Shown piece by piece: positions 59,170 to 64,000 of a DNA stretch of 64,000 nt. Both the position numbers and the translations under genes were made by a program. The stretch comes from Candidatus Korobacteraceae bacterium (GTDB taxonomy: Bacteria; Acidobacteriota; Terriglobia; Terriglobales; Acidobacteriaceae). The DNA lies in NCBI GenBank assembly GCA_049522855.1, contig JBEKNL010000016.1, positions 3,312-67,311 of the forward strand, written 5' to 3'. Position 1 is the stretch's first letter; each line of letters begins with the position of its first letter. The notes beneath the pieces are model-generated. The model searched no databases. It worked only from the letters and a program-made list of their open reading frames with translations, and was not told the origin of the DNA.

Positions 59170-60129
59170 CTATTGCGCCTTCTTCTCCAGCTCGAGACAG
59201 CGATCGTGGAGTTTGGCATCGTGGGTCAGCCCATCGGCAATGATGCACTCGTCCGCTGCGGCTTTAGGGTCGGTGTCCTTCAACAGGTTGGTCAGCATAA
59301 GGTGCGGGGTCGGCCAGTCGGGCGAAAGCTTGGCCGCGGCCCGCAGTTCAGCCACCGCCGCCGGGATGTCGTGCTTCTTTTGGTACACGACGGAAAGATT
59401 GAAATGAATGCTGGCATTCTTGGGCTGGAGCTTTAGCGCTTCCTTATATTCGGCGATAGCTTCATCGGTCTTGCCGGAATCGTCGAGCACGCTGCCCAGG
59501 TTCATGCGCGTCTGCGCGTTCTTCGGATCGATCGCCACAGCCGCCCGATAGTGCTGAATCGCGCCCGCGAAATCCCGTCGGGCATAGAGCAGGTTGGCCA
59601 GGTTGTTGTGCGCCGAGGCCATCTTGGGATTGAGCCGCACCGCCTCCCGGTATTCGATGGCCGCGTCGATGGGGTCGCCGTTGTGTTTCAACGCCAGACC
59701 CAGGTTATTGTGCGCGTCGGCATCGTTGGGTTTCAGACGCACGGCCGTCTTGAGCTCGGTGATTGCCTCTGCATAGCCCTTGCGGTCAATGTACAACCGC
59801 CCAAGGTTATAGTGTGCGGCCGCGTAATCCGGGTATTCCTTGATGGCGGTTTTGTATTCGTCGATGGCGGCCTCTACATCGCCGTCCTTTTCGAACGCCA
59901 CCCCCTGGTGGAAGTGTCGTTCCGCACTTGCGGGAATCATTGCCTTCTCCGGCGCGGATGGCTTCTCGGGCGCAGGCGATTTCTCCGGCGCGGGTGTTTT
60001 CTCGGGCGCAGGTGTTTTGTCCGGTGCGGCTGCTTTCTGCTGCGGGTAGGCAAAACTGCAAAGCAAGAGCGCAATAGCCGCGGCGATCAACGAGCGGCGC
60101 AGAATCGATCCTTCGGTGGAAGGTTGCAT
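59170..60129 (-). CDS. secreted tetratricopeptide-repeat protein with a PAPEK tandem linker
   Basis: Signal/anchor LIAAAIALLLCSFA, then (T/S)PAPEK x4, then 6-7 TPR units (AHYNLG, AHNNLG...). Confidence 0.85.
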   Translation of the reverse strand: MQPSTEGSILRRSLIAAAIALLLCSFAYPQQKAAAPDKTPAPEKTPAPEKSPAPEKPSAPEKAMIPASAERHFHQGVAFEKDGDVEAAIDEYKTAIKEYPDYAAAHYNLGRLYIDRKGYAEAITELKTAVRLKPNDADAHNNLGLALKHNGDPIDAAIEYREAVRLNPKMASAHNNLANLLYARRDFAGAIQHYRAAVAIDPKNAQTRMNLGSVLDDSGKTDEAIAEYKEALKLQPKNASIHFNLSVVYQKKHDIPAAVAELRAAAKLSPDWPTPHLMLTNLLKDTDPKAAADECIIADGLTHDAKLHDRCLELEKKAQ

Positions 60130-60160
60130 AGTGAAGCCAATCTTTCAGGTCTTGCGCTGT

Positions 60161-61624
60161 CTATTTCAACCAGTCTGGCAGAGGCTGCGGCTTGCGGGGC
60201 AATTGCGCGTCCATGTTGGCCAGCGCATAGGCCAACACCGCAACTACCGCGGCATTTTCGCGCAACTCGCGGGGATCGATCTTGTCCAGCGTGTCCGCGG
60301 CCGTGTGGTGATAATCAAAATAGGTGCGTACGTCTTGTACGGGGCTGAAGGTCGGCACTCCGGCGACCTTCAGCGGAATGATGTCGGCGCCAGTTTCATC
60401 CGATGACCGCAGGAGCCCTGCCCCAGACTTCGAGAGTACATCGGCGACGGGCTGGAGAAGCTTGAGGGCGGCTTCGTCCCTGCCAACATTGACGCCCAGC
60501 GGATGCCCGGCGCCCAAATCCGTTTCGATCGCTGCGAAATGGTTGGCTACGTCGCTGGCGTGCTGCTTGGCGTAAGCCTTGCCTCCGAAGATTCCCGTCT
60601 CCTCGGCCATCCACGCCACGATGCGAATTGTACGTTTGGGCTGGAGATGCAATTGCTTCAGCAGTTGCGCGGTTTCCATCGACACCGCAACGCCAGCGGC
60701 ATCATCAATCGCACCGGTACCCAAGTCCCACGAATCGAGGTGGCCAGAGACAATCACCACCTGCTCTGGATGTTCACTGCCCTTCAAGTCGGCAACCACG
60801 TTATAGGACGCCACATTGGGCAACAATTTCGGCGTCAGCACCAGGTGCAGGCGCACCGGACCTTGGGCGGCAAGCCGGGCCATCAACTCAGCATCTTCTG
60901 CGGTAACGGCAGCCGCGGGAATGCTCGGCAGTTTTGCATCGTAGCCAGTCTCGCCCGTGTGCGGCAGGCGGAATTCCGCACCGCCTGCGGAGCGCACCAG
61001 CGCGGCCACGGCGCCCTTGCTCGCGGCAGCCTCGCGTCCGTCCTCGCGATAGGCTACTGCTTGTCCGTAGGCCGCCAGTCCGAATCCTGCCGCCACCATC
61101 TGGTGGTCGAAGCGCTCGTTGAAGACGACAATCTTGCCGGCGACCTGCTCGCGTGGCATCGCCGCAAGTTCATCGAAGCGGTTGACGACAACAATTTCAG
61201 CCGTGATCCCTTCGGCCGGAGTCGCGTTGTCCAGCGAAGCCAATGCAGTTACCACGATCTTCTGTTGGGTGCCTGGCACCTGGCCGGGATAGCTGACTAG
61301 CGCGGCATGCTCTTCGCCGCGCACCCAGTTGGGTACGCTGACTGGTTCCAGGGTCACCTGCAGCCCGAGTTTGCGCAGCTCGTCTGCAACATATTCAACC
61401 GCGGCCGCTGCCTGGGGTGAGCCCGTCAGACGCGGCCCGATGTTGTCCGTCAGGTGCGCCGCCTGGCCATAGGCATAATCGTCCTCAAGTGCGGCCTGGT
61501 GCAAATGACGCAACTGTTGCAGGATTTCGGGGCTCCAGGGCGGGGCGGGTTTCGTTTGCGCTGTTGCGGCGACGGTTGCGAACGTCAATATCCCTAGCAA
61601 GAGCAGGTGCAATTTTGTCATCAT
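60161..61624 (-). CDS. M28-family aminopeptidase with a PA domain
   Basis: Signal peptide MMTKLHLLLLGILTFATVAATAQ and zinc-ligand context SGHLDSWDLGTGAIDDAAGV. Start set at ATG 61624. Confidence 0.85.
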   Translation of the reverse strand: MMTKLHLLLLGILTFATVAATAQTKPAPPWSPEILQQLRHLHQAALEDDYAYGQAAHLTDNIGPRLTGSPQAAAAVEYVADELRKLGLQVTLEPVSVPNWVRGEEHAALVSYPGQVPGTQQKIVVTALASLDNATPAEGITAEIVVVNRFDELAAMPREQVAGKIVVFNERFDHQMVAAGFGLAAYGQAVAYREDGREAAASKGAVAALVRSAGGAEFRLPHTGETGYDAKLPSIPAAAVTAEDAELMARLAAQGPVRLHLVLTPKLLPNVASYNVVADLKGSEHPEQVVIVSGHLDSWDLGTGAIDDAAGVAVSMETAQLLKQLHLQPKRTIRIVAWMAEETGIFGGKAYAKQHASDVANHFAAIETDLGAGHPLGVNVGRDEAALKLLQPVADVLSKSGAGLLRSSDETGADIIPLKVAGVPTFSPVQDVRTYFDYHHTAADTLDKIDPRELRENAAVVAVLAYALANMDAQLPRKPQPLPDWLK

Positions 61625-61682
61625 CTTTTCCAGCACAGTCCGAGGTGAGCATAGCAAATTGCCGACGAGCGTGTTTGTGAAA

Positions 61683-62267
61683 TCAGCCAAGGCCCGCTTT
61701 CACCTCCGCCGTTGTTTTGTTCTTCCAGAATCGAGCGTAGATATCGAGAGAACAAAACGTGCGGCTCTGCATGCGGTCGACGTATAGGGTCCCATGCAGA
61801 TGATCGATTTCGTGCTGCAGGATGCGTGCGTACCATCCCGTGGCCTCAATGACGCGCGCTGCGCCAGTCTCATCCAGGCACTCCACACGCACCTGAGGCG
61901 AGCGCGGCACAATCGCAGTGAAGCCGGGCACACTCAGGCATCCCTCGAAGAACTCGACATCGCCCGCGGACTGCCGGTGCAGCACTGGGTTAACGATGAC
62001 ATGGAAAGCAACCGGCTGGCGCTCGCGCTCGGCGATCTGTTCGGCGGTCAGGCCGGCTAAGTACTCCTGCTTGTCTTCGATGACGGCGAGTTGCAGCGGC
62101 AATCCCACCTGCGGCGCGGCCAGGCCGACACCCGGAGCGTCATTCACGGTTTCGCGCATGTGCTGGATTAGTTGCTGAATTTCCGGGCTGCGAATCTCGG
62201 CGACGGTCAGAGGCCGGGCTTGCTGTCGCAGCACCGCTTCACCAACGCTGACGATCTTGAGGCGCAT
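61683..62267 (-). CDS. def: peptide deformylase
   Basis: Motifs GVGLAAPQ, EGCLSVPG and QHEIDHLHG. Confidence 0.95.
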   Translation of the reverse strand: MRLKIVSVGEAVLRQQARPLTVAEIRSPEIQQLIQHMRETVNDAPGVGLAAPQVGLPLQLAVIEDKQEYLAGLTAEQIAERERQPVAFHVIVNPVLHRQSAGDVEFFEGCLSVPGFTAIVPRSPQVRVECLDETGAARVIEATGWYARILQHEIDHLHGTLYVDRMQSRTFCSLDIYARFWKNKTTAEVKAGLG

Positions 62268-62495
62268 GGTGTTCCTGTGTGCGGGGACCCAGGGTCCGGG
62301 GGGTATCGCGCTTAGTGCATATTAACCGAAGCCCAAGCGCGGGCGCGACGAGAAAGGTGAGCCCGCGCCCGGCTTTGTGGCATCCATTTCGTGACTAAGG
62401 TTTTCGGCTGACGCCGAAGAGCAACTCTGGTACTCTCGCCTCAACGAGGCAGCCTGCATGCGCCAAACTGCAATGCGAAACAGGGTCCAGGGAAG

Positions 62496-63398
62496 GTGAC
62501 TGGCCTGAAGAAGAAATCGATTCGCCCGCCTAAGACCCGCGACCAGCATGAGCTGGTCATCGTCTCCGGTATGAGCGGGGCCGGGAAGGCCTCGGCCCTG
62601 AAAACCTTCGAGGACCTGGGCTACTACTGCGTGGACAACCTGCCGGTTGGACTCATCTCCAATTTTGCCGAACTGGTGCTGGATTCGCTGGAGATCCAGC
62701 GGGCCGCGCTGGTGGTGGACATCCGCGAAGGGGCGCGGCTCGACAAGTTGCCGCAGGTTCTTGCCTCCCTGCGGCGAATGCTCAAGACCACGGTGGTCTT
62801 CCTCGAAGCCGACGCCGATGTGCTGATTCGGCGTTATAGCGAGACGCGCCGCCCTCACCCGCTGGGGCGTGACGTCTCCGTGAGGTCGTCGCTTACGGCA
62901 GAGCGCCGCCGCCTGCAACCGCTGCGCGCCCTGGCCGATGTGGTGGTAGATACGACCCGGTTCAATGTCCACGAATTGCGCGCCCAGCTCACCGAGCGTT
63001 TTCAGGGCGGCAATAGCGACCGGAACCTGCTGATTTCCTGCGTCAGTTTTGGCTATCGCGAAGGGGTGCCGGAAGATGCTGACCTGGTGTTCGACGTGCG
63101 CTTCCTGCCCAACCCGCACTTCATTCCCAAGTTCCGTCCTCTAACTGGGCGACATCCGGAAGTTGCCAGGTACATTCGCTCGTTTCCGCAAACCCGGGAA
63201 TTCATCAATCGCATCTCCGAGTTGCTCATCTATCTGATCCCGCATTACATCCGCGAAGGCAAGAGCTATCTGACCATCGCCTTCGGATGCACCGGCGGCA
63301 AGCATCGCTCGGTGTTGATCGCCGAAGAAGTGAAGAAGCGTCTGTCCAAGACCGGGTACAACATCAAAGTGGTGCACCGCGACGCCGAAAGAAGCTGA
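62496..63398 (+). CDS. rapZ: RNase adapter / nucleotide-binding protein RapZ (YvcJ family)
   Basis: Walker A GMSGAGKASALK, then ...RFLPNPHF..., and C-terminal GCTGGKHRSV. Confidence 0.92.
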   Translation: MTGLKKKSIRPPKTRDQHELVIVSGMSGAGKASALKTFEDLGYYCVDNLPVGLISNFAELVLDSLEIQRAALVVDIREGARLDKLPQVLASLRRMLKTTVVFLEADADVLIRRYSETRRPHPLGRDVSVRSSLTAERRRLQPLRALADVVVDTTRFNVHELRAQLTERFQGGNSDRNLLISCVSFGYREGVPEDADLVFDVRFLPNPHFIPKFRPLTGRHPEVARYIRSFPQTREFINRISELLIYLIPHYIREGKSYLTIAFGCTGGKHRSVLIAEEVKKRLSKTGYNIKVVHRDAERS

Positions 63399-63480
63399 CG
63401 CACGCTCGTGAGCCCGCCAGAAGCAGACTCCCAGGAGCGGCAGCTGGCAAGCAAATCGAAATGAGGAAACGGAAGGAAAC

Positions 63481-64000
63481 GTGTCTGCGATCGTATCCCG
63501 GACGGAGTTGATGGCCGCCAGGCTCCGTGTCCTGTATGTGCTGGCTATAATCGCTTTTCTCCTCGACCCGATCGCGAAGTCCCAGGTACCCTCCACGGCG
63601 GGAGACACTGGCTTTTGCGTGGACGGAGTGGCCAGCGGAACCTATTGGCTGTGCCAGAAACCGCCTGCCAACGTGACCATCTGGGGCTCGTTTTGCAAGA
63701 ACGGCGACAACGACGTCGGCCGGGTGGAATCGGAGCCGTTCCCGGCTGCTGCGGTCCTTAGTCTTTATTTGGCCGGCTATCCTGGGCAGCCGGGCCTCCG
63801 TCTGACTCTGAAAAACGCGCCATCCCAACAGGCGATGGAACTTAAACCACCATCCCCACCTGGGGAGACCTGGCAACTCAACCATTTTGCTCTGCCCGCC
63901 GAATGGGTTGGCCAGTCGGTCCAGTTGATCGCCGAGGACAGCGCCACGGGACCCAAGGGTTGGCTCGCATTCACCGCGCCAATACCGGGATTCAAGCTGT
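63481..64000 (+). CDS. hypothetical membrane-anchored or secreted protein, 5-prime part (open to the window end)
   Basis: My translation from GTG 63481 (ATG 63511 is an alternative) reads VSAIVSRTELMAARLRVLYVLAIIAFLLDPIAKSQVPSTAGDTGFCVDGV... with no stop up to 64000. No family recognised. Confidence 0.4.
   Translation, partial: MSAIVSRTELMAARLRVLYVLAIIAFLLDPIAKSQVPSTAGDTGFCVDGVASGTYWLCQKPPANVTIWGSFCKNGDNDVGRVESEPFPAAAVLSLYLAGYPGQPGLRLTLKNAPSQQAMELKPPSPPGETWQLNHFALPAEWVGQSVQLIAEDSATGPKGWLAFTAPIPGFKL

Noticed and set aside
59945-60020. 15-nt tandem repeats that look like a mini repeat array
   Set aside because: They are in frame inside the TPR protein gene and encode (T/S)PAPEK x4. This is a coding linker, not a CRISPR or regulatory array.

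Overview
GC-rich bacterial chromosomal segment. The interspersed repeat families suggest an Acidobacteria-like genome, but that is my inference from memory, not a search. Most of the window is tightly packed housekeeping. It holds glnS (partial), ispF and ispD, then an osmC-tolC-MFP-RND-DUF2892 efflux operon. Next come an ECF sigma factor, a MerR regulator, a large Ig-repeat protein, the methylmalonyl-CoA mutase large subunit, glgC, htpX, a CHAD/HD protein, a B12-radical SAM enzyme and one tRNA(CAU). These are followed by an OprB-like porin, mfd, galU, purE and purD, a DtxR-family repressor with mntH, a usp gene and a beta-barrel OMP, and acnA. After a higA antitoxin with a decayed higB comes the F1Fo ATP synthase operon (b', b, delta, alpha, gamma, beta, epsilon). 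The remainder is serA plus a class V aminotransferase, yqeY, folC-plsC-C26 amidotransferase, serS, a CGNR protein, a TPR protein, an M28 peptidase, def and rapZ. I found no CRISPR array, transposase, integrase, reverse transcriptase or recognisable multi-gene defence system, and I cannot point to a clear novel multi-gene system. The most unusual signal is a set of seven intergenic long stems whose arms are built from short periodic units. One of them carries an Avd/23S-IVS-type four-helix-bundle gene in its loop and sits inside the atp operon between atpG and atpD. Other points worth a second look are an ECF sigma factor fused in frame to an RsrA-like zinc anti-sigma (ZAS) domain and an RND permease broken by a frameshift plus an amber codon inside an otherwise intact operon. 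There is also a junction where a TonB-receptor-like C-terminal fragment abuts a signal-less Ig-repeat gene, and two further small interspersed repeat families. All coordinates and translations are read by eye from the sequence and the ORF track. Family assignments rest on motifs I recognise, not on database searches.
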